From the NCBI GenBank assembly GCA_964545165.1, contig CAZJEQ010000005.1, positions 7,072 through 71,071 of the forward strand: a DNA stretch of 64,000 bases, in the 5' to 3' direction. Each line of letters opens with the position of its first letter. Position 1 is the first letter of the stretch. The position numbers and the translations under genes are program-made. Origin of the DNA: an uncultured Candidatus Saccharibacteria bacterium (GTDB lineage Bacteria; Patescibacteriota; Minisyncoccia; Phycocordibacterales; UBA2100). A model generated the notes under the pieces. That model did no database searches, was not told the origin of the DNA, and worked only from the letters and a program-made list of their open reading frames with translations. Positions 49,472 to 57,540 of this stretch are shown one piece after another.

Positions 49472-50143
49472 AATTTCTTTCGTGCAAGATGCGCATCAGC
49501 ATAAAGAAATGGAGTGCCGACCAAAACCACCAGCGATTTCAAAAGCCACCCCGTCAGAATAGCTTGTACAAGGAGCGGTCCCGGCAGATCAATAAAAGCA
49601 ATGGAAAAGAAAAGGAGACTGTCGATCAGCTGGCTTATGATGTTCGCGCCGTTCGTCCTCAACCACAAGGATTTTCCGTTCGTCTTTTCACGAATCCACA
49701 AGAAAAGGACAATGTTGGCATACTGCGCGAATGCGTAGGCGAGAATGCTCGCAATAATAATGCGCGGTGAGAACGAAAAGAATGTCGTGCCTGCAATATT
49801 TATCGTCTCACTGAGTGCGGAGCCACTGAAATTGACGGCGATCTGAGACATGAGCGTAAAGAAAACGACGAAACTAGCCCCCAATGAAATCGACTGCCAT
49901 GCCGCATTTTTTCCGTAACGCTCAATCAGGAAATGTGTAGCTAGAAATACGCACGCATAAAATATATTTCCGACATTGGTGACGAGTCCAAAAACGGGAA
50001 TGAGCTTCGCGCCAAATATCCCGATAAGTATGAGATTGACGGCAATCGTGCCGAGAAGCCATTCACGCCCCAGCCGAGCAGCGATAAACACAGCGGTGAC
50101 TCCGATGAGTGCCGCGAGTAGAAAAAGTGCTTCGTTGGAAGCC
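49468..50143 (-). CDS. YhhQ/VUT-family (DUF165) queuosine-precursor transporter
   Basis: ORF trimmed to MASNEALFL...; LWLRTNGANIISQLIDSLLFF signature. Confidence 0.65.
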
Positions 50144-50228
50144 ATATACCTCCATGGTAGCAAATCCTGAACGCTTCAATACGTGGTAGCTGTGCAGACC
50201 CCGCTTAGAGGCAAGGCATTATGCGACA

Positions 50229-50819
50229 CTACAATACTCCGCCCGATTCCTTGCACATTTTTCCTCGCTCGCTCGCTTTGAGACCCTCTGGCATTGCGTG
50301 TATCTCAAACACCGCGCTTTCAGCTTTCAGCTCGATGTCGTTGATCTTCGCTATTGAAATAACATATTCGCCGGGCCATACCGATCCCACTTTCCACGCG
50401 AGCTCCTGCGTCTTCAGTTCAATTTTGTTTTCCTTTGCGAGACCGCTTGCGATCGGCCCCACGGCCTCTCTTGTCCCAGCGTCCACAAGGACACTTTCCA
50501 GGGACTGGATCGTTGATGATGATTGTAGAGATATCTGATACGTGCAGCCCCCGTACAAGTCATCGTTTTTCTTGGGATACGCGAACATTACACGCAGGTC
50601 AGTTGATGTGGCTGCGGCTATGCTCTCAGGAGTCGTGGTCGCACCGTCCTCGCCATGTGTTTTGTCGACATGAATTGATGGGGTGTTTGCGATCGCGATA
50701 TACGAGGCGGCAACGTTATCAAGCGCGTCATTGAATTGACTGAGTGAATGGTATCCGAAAAACGCCGTGCCACCCACGAGCAGTAAGACCACCGAAGTAA
50801 TGCGCATCCAACTTTTCAT
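50229..50819 (-). CDS. hypothetical secreted protein (N-terminal signal/anchor)
   Basis: Trimmed to MKSWMRITSVVLLLVGGTAFFG... Confidence 0.45.
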   Translation of the reverse strand: MKSWMRITSVVLLLVGGTAFFGYHSLSQFNDALDNVAASYIAIANTPSIHVDKTHGEDGATTTPESIAAATSTDLRVMFAYPKKNDDLYGGCTYQISLQSSSTIQSLESVLVDAGTREAVGPIASGLAKENKIELKTQELAWKVGSVWPGEYVISIAKINDIELKAESAVFEIHAMPEGLKASERGKMCKESGGVL

Positions 50820-50862
50820 AATCTCAGCCATCACTGGCTATGCGATCGTATCTATTGCTACC

Positions 50863-51015
50863 CTAATCCTTCTTTTCTGCATCCGAGAATACGCCTCTGA
50901 TGCTTTTGATAGCGTCGCCTATGCCGCGAGCAAGTTCTGGGATCTTCTTAGGACCAAAGATCAACAGAAGAATAGCGGTCAGAATAATGATTTCAGTGGC
51001 TCCAAGTCCAAACAT
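50863..51015 (-). CDS. tatA: twin-arginine translocase subunit TatA/E (copy 1, divergent)
   Basis: Not in ORF track (50 aa): MFGLGATEIIILTAILLLIFGPKKIPELARGIGDAIKSIRGVFSDAEKKD. Its start overlaps tatC 3' end by about 23 nt in another frame. Confidence 0.7.
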   Translation of the reverse strand: MFGLGATEIIILTAILLLIFGPKKIPELARGIGDAIKSIRGVFSDAEKKD

Positions 51016-51724
51016 AAGATCTGCTGCTATTGAATAATATTGTCACTTCATACAACAACACAAGCGGGACTGTCATCGCCGCTAATGATAGGACGTCGGT
51101 TGGTGGAAGTAAAGCTGCCAGCAAGGCGAACACGAAATAGGCTATACGCCTCTTATCCCGGAGCGTCTGGGGTGTCATTATCCCCAGGCGCATGAGGAGC
51201 GTGAGCAGCAATGGGAACTCAAAAACAAACCCCAAGAGCGCTGCTGTGACAAATATTTCAGAGAGAAACTGACTGATATTCCAAATGTTGGCGATTCCGA
51301 GACTCACGTTGATGGCAGCAAAGAGCCCGAGCGCATAGTAAAGAATAAAAAATCCATACACAAAGCCGGCGATGAAGAGTGCGATGCTGACCGGAATTGA
51401 CTTCAATAGCCTGACCTTCTCACTGCTCGTGAGTGCCGGCGCAATAAAGACGTAAAAGCTGTAGATGACATACGGCGCCGAGGCGACGATGGCGAGGAAG
51501 AATCCGACATCCATGGCGACGGTCGCAAACTGGAATGGTGAGGTGGTGGCGATAACCACATCTTCAAAATGGACGAAGCTCAGTGCCTTTTTTAAAATGA
51601 TTCCTGCCGAGAGAAACCCGGTGACGAAAACAGAAATAAACAGAACAACGCCCCAATACAGACGATTGCGCAGATCTTCCAAATAGGGAAGAAATTTTTC
51701 CATGTCCATAGAGAAAGATTCCAA
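50993..51724 (-). CDS. tatC: twin-arginine translocase subunit TatC
   Basis: 243 aa, six TM helices, typical TatC topology. Confidence 0.8.
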   Translation of the reverse strand: MESFSMDMEKFLPYLEDLRNRLYWGVVLFISVFVTGFLSAGIILKKALSFVHFEDVVIATTSPFQFATVAMDVGFFLAIVASAPYVIYSFYVFIAPALTSSEKVRLLKSIPVSIALFIAGFVYGFFILYYALGLFAAINVSLGIANIWNISQFLSEIFVTAALLGFVFEFPLLLTLLMRLGIMTPQTLRDKRRIAYFVFALLAALLPPTDVLSLAAMTVPLVLLYEVTILFNSSRSYVWTWSH

Positions 51725-51849
51725 TCGTGTTGCGGATTGGACGAGCGGGTGAGAGACGGTAGCGCTGCGAGGATTCGATACGCGGGAGTCTATTTCCGGT
51801 CGCGCATCACCTGCTCAGCACGTCCGCTCACGAGCGGTGCCTCAATTAT

Positions 51850-52014
51850 TTATTGTGTCCCCGTCTCCTTCTTGTCACCATCTGAAAACCCACTTCTGAT
51901 GTACTTGAGAGAATCGCCAATGGCTCGTGCAAGTTCTGGAATCTTCTTTGCACCGAAGAGCAGAACGAGGATGCCGGCCAAAATGATGAGCTCTCGAGCT
52001 CCTAATCCAAACAT
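51850..52014 (-). CDS. tatA: TatA/E (copy 2)
   Basis: ORF 51850..52056 trimmed to MFGLGARELIILAGILVLLFGAKKIPELARAIGDSLKYIRSGFSDGDKKETGTQ. Confidence 0.75.
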   Translation of the reverse strand: MFGLGARELIILAGILVLLFGAKKIPELARAIGDSLKYIRSGFSDGDKKETGTQ

Positions 52015-52246
52015 ACTTTTGTATTGCGTCCTAAATTTTATAATGACCAACCTCACACCTATACGAGGTTCGTCTTAATTACTGTGTCCCCGTCTCCTTC
52101 TTGTCACCATCTGAAAACCCACTTCTGATGTACTTGAGAGAATCGCCAATGGCTCGTGCAAGTTCTGGAATCTTCTTTGCACCGAAGAGCAGAACGAGGA
52201 TGCCGGCCAAAATGATGAGCTCTCGAGCTCCTAATCCAAACATACG
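51853..52246. repeat. tandem direct duplication (229-nt unit, 164 nt at 100% identity) carrying tatA
   Basis: 51853-52017 and 52082-52246 match base for base; the spacers differ. Confidence 0.85.
52079..52243 (-). CDS. tatA: TatA/E (copy 3, identical protein to copy 2; not in ORF track)
   Basis: Sequence 52083-52246 is identical to 51854-52017 and encodes the same 54-aa TatA; the only coding difference is a synonymous CAA-to-CAG. Confidence 0.7.
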   Translation of the reverse strand: MFGLGARELIILAGILVLLFGAKKIPELARAIGDSLKYIRSGFSDGDKKETGTQ

Positions 52247-52298
52247 ATGTATTGCTTACTGATAAGGTCCTTCATCTATAGTAGCACGGGCAAAATCG

Positions 52299-53183
52299 CT
52301 ACCCTGCCACTCCCGCTGGCTCGGGCTCGGGAGCTATGACGGGCGTTGATGTCGAGGTTGGCTGCGTTTCTGGCTCTGGTTCTGGTTCGGCCTCAGCCTC
52401 TGGCTCTGCTTCTGCTTCCACTACCGGCTCGGGCTCCGGGTCTGGTTCTGGCTCTGCTTCCACTACCGGCTCCGGGTCTGGTTCGGGCTGCGGCTCTACT
52501 TCTGGCTCCGGTTGTGGCTCAGGTTCAGGTTCAGGATCCGGCTCGGGTTCGGGTTCGGGGTCCGGTGTCGGATTTACTACCGTAATACGATGGCGATTGA
52601 GCCATTCTGCCACCGCGGTCACGCCCGCCTGCCACGAGTCATACGTGCGCGTGTTGCCATCGTCATCATTACCCACGTTGCCGGGATTAGTGGTACTTAC
52701 CGCGAGTCCAACCGTACCGATGCGCGAATCTTGTTCCATGATCGCCACCATGAGTCTCGCATCTACGCTATAGGCGAGCGCAGCACTCATCACCATCTCC
52801 CCTGTTACCGGAGAGGTCGGATATTTGCCCCGAATATACGCTTCGGCTTGCTCTGCAGTATCCATCACCCCCATGGCGGCCAATATATTCATTATCTTCT
52901 CCTCATGCAGGGGGTCGGTCGCATACGAAGTAATGTCGTACTGGCCCAGCACAGCGACCGAGCCGTCGGTGATGACCTCGGCAAGCGACGCATCTTTGAC
53001 CGCCGCTGATGCTGACGCGTCAACCAGGAGACTCAGCTTAAAAAGCGTATCTTCCAGGGAGAGAATTTCTTTCTCAGCCGCGACAACGCGCTCCAAATCG
53101 CCACTCATGGTGGCATAATTTTGAGAAAGTTTGAATTCTCTCAACCTGTTATTGAGAAGTTGCACGAGATCTTCTACTCTCAC
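52299..53183 (-). CDS. peptidoglycan hydrolase (glucosaminidase-family domain) with N-terminal coiled coil and C-terminal (Pro-Glu)n low-complexity tail
   Basis: 294 aa. ...[13 protein letters not shown]...NPGNVG...[18 protein letters not shown] parallels the FlgJ/glucosaminidase motif AQAALESGWG...NLFGIK.... C-terminal roughly 100 aa is [13 protein letters not shown]... Confidence 0.55.
   Translation of the reverse strand: MRVEDLVQLLNNRLREFKLSQNYATMSGDLERVVAAEKEILSLEDTLFKLSLLVDASASAAVKDASLAEVITDGSVAVLGQYDITSYATDPLHEEKIMNILAAMGVMDTAEQAEAYIRGKYPTSPVTGEMVMSAALAYSVDARLMVAIMEQDSRIGTVGLAVSTTNPGNVGNDDDGNTRTYDSWQAGVTAVAEWLNRHRITVVNPTPDPEPEPEPDPEPEPEPQPEPEVEPQPEPDPEPVVEAEPEPDPEPEPVVEAEAEPEAEAEPEPEPETQPTSTSTPVIAPEPEPAGVAG
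52336..52570. repeat. hexanucleotide-periodic (GGNTCN)n microsatellite-like tract encoding the (PE)n tail
   Basis: ggctctggttctggttcggcctcagcctctggctctgcttc... with period 6 over about 230 nt. Confidence 0.6.
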
Positions 53184-53205
53184 GCAAATATTATATCACG
53201 CGCAT

Positions 53206-53661
53206 TTATTTCAAACCCAAAAACTTCGCGACGGTGAGCGTGCGCATGAGCTGATCATGCTCCTCTTCAGACAAACCACTTCCGCTATTCGAAGTCGTTA
53301 CAATCATGCCTGCGGAGTTGTTTGAGCGTACCGATACTTGATTCAGGTTGACTCTATCAGCGATGTTGTTGTTGGCACCGACCAGGTTTACCGCGTACTG
53401 GCCATCCTCAAAGGTGATGGTGTACGGGGGGATGATTGCAACCACACGTGCGAGCGTCAGCCCTCCGAGTGTCACTTCGGTATTGTGAGTGTGAGTATCT
53501 GAAAAGGGCACCCCTTCAACGTTGTCCTCAAGGTCCTTCAACGTCATGCGAAAAGCGTCTACGTCGAGCTCCCTAATTTCAGAGGGACTCGACTGAACAA
53601 GCGTCATGTCCGCCTTCGGGACGCTAATTACTTTGGTCGCCCAATTGATAGTGATGGCCAT
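53206..53661 (-). CDS. hypothetical protein (151 aa) in fibre-protein operon
   Basis: Complete ORF; 1-nt gap to the upstream gene. Confidence 0.45.
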   Translation of the reverse strand: MAITINWATKVISVPKADMTLVQSSPSEIRELDVDAFRMTLKDLEDNVEGVPFSDTHTHNTEVTLGGLTLARVVAIIPPYTITFEDGQYAVNLVGANNNIADRVNLNQVSVRSNNSAGMIVTTSNSGSGLSEEEHDQLMRTLTVAKFLGLK

Positions 53662-53662
53662 A

Positions 53663-56600
53663 CTATTGATCTGCGATCATGAGGACCGTCGTGTCGAGTC
53701 CGGTAGCGGTGATCGTGCCCACGATGGTGCTCGTTTTGTAGTAGGTCGCGGCAGAGCCCTTCCTGATCTTTCCTGTCACTGGTTGCGAGGCAGAATATTC
53801 AAAACTACTGGTTGTCACCTTGCCGTTTGAACCCGTTAAGCCAGACAATATGACTGCAGTGGATGTAACCGTGCCTGTTGCTGGCGTTGCCGGGGACCCA
53901 CTTACGGTGTAATCGTACGCATTTGTCGTGACGTTGGAGATAATATAGGTGCCGTTGTATTCGTCTTGGTTGGCCCCTCGGATAATAATTGTCTGTCCTT
54001 CTGACATGCCGTGCGACGAATGGGCAACGGACGCGGTAGCACCGGAGCGCGTGATCGTTACTGTCGCATTCGCGGGGAGTGGCCCGCCCGTATCTGCTTC
54101 CATCAAGACCCGCGCCCCTTCGATAGCAGCGAGGGTATCGGCATCCTTTGCGGTCACCGTGACGCTGACCGTATCGAGCGGGTACGTCGCTGCTCTATGG
54201 GTGGACGTGGCATTAGTGAGCATATACAGCGAGGTAATGGCCGTGGCGTTCGTCGTCGAGGTCGAGATCTTCACCTTGAGCGGTGTGCCACTTGATGCGG
54301 AAATCGTTTCGTTTGGCAGCTGGTTGAATCGCAATGTGCCGGAGACCGTACCGATGTTCGCGATGGTCACGACGATCGTCGTGCCATTGGTGATGCTTTG
54401 CACCTGTGCGAGCGGTGCAATGTTTGTGCCAAACACATAGTCATTTTGTGCTACCCCCGTGGTACTCGTCATCGTCACGTTCGTCTGACCACTGGTGCCT
54501 CCCCCACCCGCTCGGGGATATGACAAATTCTTAAACGTGGAGCCCCCGTTTACCGAGTAGGTGACGTCGTAGTTGGTAAGTGTACCTCCCGCCATGACCG
54601 CTTCTGCGGCGATAAAGCTGCCGTGCCCTTTGAGATTATAGGGATAGGTAAATGTGACATTGTCATTGACGACCGGCATGTAGAGTCCTCCCGCTGAGGT
54701 AAAGGCTGCGGTGCCGCCCAGTGCGACCTGTGAAGAGGTGTCTGAGGTCGACTCATTCATCTGCAGTGCCACGCGACCATTGATAGGCACAAAGGTGAGC
54801 GTGCCCGACGTCGAGCCGGCATTGAGACAGGTGAATTGAAACGTATTGGCGGTATTCACAGGCGAGGCGACCGCCGTGATCTGGGTGAGCGTCTTGACGC
54901 CAAGGACAATAGCCGCAGCCGAGCTTGTCACGGTCACTAAAATGGTATCGCCGACTCGGAGGCCATGAGCAGTACTGGTGACAGTCGCGACGGTTGTCGC
55001 GCGGGACCAGGAAACACCGGAGATGTTGGCTGGTTGATTTGTCGTATAGGTGTCTAGAAAGTGCGTACCATACGTGGATGTTTGGGCGGTCAGCGCTGGC
55101 GTCGACTGCAAGCCCTTGATCTGCGTATTAAGCATCGGCACCAATTGCACGCCCCACTCCGTGCCCCACACGTCCTCGAGGAGGAGATTCTTCACCGAGT
55201 TGTCACCCGTGGTCATGATGCCCGTGCGAAGATGCGGGGTGTAGCACCGCTGGATCTTGACCGTGTTGGCGGCGCCTCCCGCGACGAAGTTGACCAAGGC
55301 GCCGGCCATGCAGGGATAATAAGAAAGGTTCTGCCCCGTCGTCTGTCCCGCGTTGGTCACCGTCACGGTAAAGGTGTCCGCCGTCGGTGCGGACGCCAGT
55401 GTCCACAAGGTAGCGGTGGTCGTGGTAACGACTTTTGGCGCCACATCAGAGCACATGTTGACGGCGATGATATCGCCGGTCTTGAGGCCGTGGGCAGTTT
55501 TGGTGACCGTTGTAGTTGTCGTTGACCTGGTCCAGGTGGCATCGACGTAGGCACCGCCCATATCCAAGGGAGACGCTGCCGTGCCGAGATTGCGCAGAAT
55601 GATATTGCTGCATCCGGCGATACCAATGTTGAGTACTCCCGAATAGGGCTGACACAGTGTGAGCCCCCCAAAGCTCAGCCCGTCAAATTTCAATGCGTAC
55701 GAAGCGGCAGTTCCTAAATCCCATACATACATGGGCAGTGCCGTACCGGTCGTCGTCGCGGGATTGTCAAAATAGGTGGTGTTGGTGAATGTCATAGTAT
55801 TACACCCCACTATCAGTGCGCGACCGCCGCCCAGAATGGGCGTGACGTACGTGGTCGTCACCACACGCACCAAGCTATAGCTTCCCGTTGTTGCGTTGCC
55901 GGCTTTGACCAGCGACATCGCAAAATCGTTGGTGACCGTCAGCCCCGACACGTCAGTCAGCGATACGACATACGCGCCAGAGCCGGCCTGCGCTGCTCGA
56001 AACCATTTGCAGCCGGAGATGGTGCCGCCGGCGAAACAAAGGCTCATCGTCAGTGCTATTTGGGTGTTGGCTGCTTCTTGACCGACGTTCACATTGCTCC
56101 AGGCAATGGGAGACGCGATTTCAGTGGCAACAAGTGCCGTGAGAATACCCACGTTGGTGAGCGCCAGCGAATACGGCTGGTTAATGTTCATGTACCACCC
56201 GATGCTTGCTTTATCGATATCGATCGCTCCGCCGCCGGTCGTCGCAAACTCGAACCGCGTGGCGAGCGTGGCATTGGGGAGCACATTTGCTGTTCTCGCG
56301 GCCGTCGTGCAATTCGCAAAGAAAATATTCGGTATGCGGATCTTTCTACCGCTTGGGACGATGTACCCACCAGTGGAATTCGTTCCATCATGCCCGAATC
56401 TCAGTACTCCGGCAGTGGAGATCCAACACACCTTACCGCGCACTGCGTCAGTTGCGATACTTGCCGCGAGCGCGGTAAGTGAGCCTGCACAGGGGTAAAA
56501 TTCATAGACGCCGCTCGACGTTGCCGTTTCCACTTCTACACCGGCATGATACTGGAGCATGCCGCTACTCGGTATCTGATAGGTCGTTGCACGATTACCA

Positions 56601-57148
56601 TCCGTCGTTCCGATTTCGAAATAATCCCCGCGCACTTTAAATAAATTGAGGCGGTTGACCGTGCAGGTACCGGCTTCGTCTCCCACTATTTCGAGCCAGC
56701 CAGCCACATCTGCTCCCGTGGCTGAGGCACTGATACCGGTCAGCGCTCCCGAGCTGTACGCCACCGAATTCCACTGTTTGATCTTGATATACCCCGATGC
56801 GGGCATTGATGCGCCGGTCGCGGTGGAGGCAGCGGTCAGCGCAGAATACACCCCGATCAATTTACCGGACGCACTGCCTTTGGTAATGGTCGTATTCCAC
56901 GCGGGCACGGTACCCGATCCGGTGTTATACGGGATCAGTCGCACGAGTGTGGAATTGACTTCCACCGTACCGCCGAGCGTTGCGGAGAGTGTGACCGTCC
57001 CCCACGAGGCGGAGGTGGTCTGGTTCAGACCGACGCGGGTATCTTGGTCTACCGTCAGGTAGCCACCGTTCACATTGTAGGTATCTCCTCCTCCTTTTGA
57101 GGTCAGCTCGTCTATGTTTTGTGCGGTCGTGACCGTAAACGTCGCCAT
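53663..57148 (-). CDS. very large Thr/Ser/Gly/Ala-rich fibre-like (tail-fibre/adhesin-like) protein, 1161 aa
   Basis: No signal peptide. About 20% Thr. C-terminal triplicated roughly 60-aa module around HGLKTGDIIAV, HGLRVGDTILV and HGMSEGQTIIIRGANQDEYNGTYII. TATAAT 6 nt upstream of ATG. Confidence 0.55.
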   Translation of the reverse strand: MATFTVTTAQNIDELTSKGGGDTYNVNGGYLTVDQDTRVGLNQTTSASWGTVTLSATLGGTVEVNSTLVRLIPYNTGSGTVPAWNTTITKGSASGKLIGVYSALTAASTATGASMPASGYIKIKQWNSVAYSSGALTGISASATGADVAGWLEIVGDEAGTCTVNRLNLFKVRGDYFEIGTTDGNRATTYQIPSSGMLQYHAGVEVETATSSGVYEFYPCAGSLTALAASIATDAVRGKVCWISTAGVLRFGHDGTNSTGGYIVPSGRKIRIPNIFFANCTTAARTANVLPNATLATRFEFATTGGGAIDIDKASIGWYMNINQPYSLALTNVGILTALVATEIASPIAWSNVNVGQEAANTQIALTMSLCFAGGTISGCKWFRAAQAGSGAYVVSLTDVSGLTVTNDFAMSLVKAGNATTGSYSLVRVVTTTYVTPILGGGRALIVGCNTMTFTNTTYFDNPATTTGTALPMYVWDLGTAASYALKFDGLSFGGLTLCQPYSGVLNIGIAGCSNIILRNLGTAASPLDMGGAYVDATWTRSTTTTTVTKTAHGLKTGDIIAVNMCSDVAPKVVTTTTATLWTLASAPTADTFTVTVTNAGQTTGQNLSYYPCMAGALVNFVAGGAANTVKIQRCYTPHLRTGIMTTGDNSVKNLLLEDVWGTEWGVQLVPMLNTQIKGLQSTPALTAQTSTYGTHFLDTYTTNQPANISGVSWSRATTVATVTSTAHGLRVGDTILVTVTSSAAAIVLGVKTLTQITAVASPVNTANTFQFTCLNAGSTSGTLTFVPINGRVALQMNESTSDTSSQVALGGTAAFTSAGGLYMPVVNDNVTFTYPYNLKGHGSFIAAEAVMAGGTLTNYDVTYSVNGGSTFKNLSYPRAGGGGTSGQTNVTMTSTTGVAQNDYVFGTNIAPLAQVQSITNGTTIVVTIANIGTVSGTLRFNQLPNETISASSGTPLKVKISTSTTNATAITSLYMLTNATSTHRAATYPLDTVSVTVTAKDADTLAAIEGARVLMEADTGGPLPANATVTITRSGATASVAHSSHGMSEGQTIIIRGANQDEYNGTYIISNVTTNAYDYTVSGSPATPATGTVTSTAVILSGLTGSNGKVTTSSFEYSASQPVTGKIRKGSAATYYKTSTIVGTITATGLDTTVLMIADQ

Positions 57149-57161
57149 GTCACCATTATAA

Positions 57162-57317
57162 TCATTTTATAATGATAATGCGTCCGTCTTGTGTGTCCTG
57201 GCACGTGAGCGAGCCCGCGACCTCTTGATTGCCGTGGACATTGACGTACACAGTACTATCGCCTGGCATCGTGGCCAGCATATTGGAGAGGCTGTTGACG
57301 AGTGCTTGGAGTTTCAT
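57162..57317 (-). CDS. possible 51-aa protein between zinc-ribbon gene and giant fibre gene (not in ORF track)
   Basis: MKLQALVNSLSNMLATMPGDSTVYVNVHGNQEVAGSLTCQDTQDGRIIIIK; starts 8 nt after the zinc-ribbon gene stop. Confidence 0.3.
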   Translation of the reverse strand: MKLQALVNSLSNMLATMPGDSTVYVNVHGNQEVAGSLTCQDTQDGRIIIIK

Positions 57318-57325
57318 TCGTCATT

Positions 57326-57520
57326 TTATTGCTCGCTCGAGCTCTCCTTCCACATTTTGAATGATTCTTTCTGATGCTTCACCGGCACTTTCCGCTCCTT
57401 AGGACTCTCTACCACCACTTCCACATATGGCGTATGACAAAAGGGACATGCGGTGTCCGTCTCGGTGTGCATAAAGTGTTGCCCACACTGCTCATTCGTA
57501 CATTTGACGACCTTATCCAT
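57326..57520 (-). CDS. small zinc-ribbon protein (64 aa)
   Basis: CTNEQC...CPFCH (two CxxC pairs). Confidence 0.5.
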   Translation of the reverse strand: MDKVVKCTNEQCGQHFMHTETDTACPFCHTPYVEVVVESPKERKVPVKHQKESFKMWKESSSEQ

Positions 57521-57540
57521 GGTATTGCATGTTTGAGATA

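Noticed and set aside
51725-51849. Possible tRNA suggested by a GGATTCGATAC T-loop-like string
   Set aside because: No acceptor stem or anticodon arm can be folded around it.
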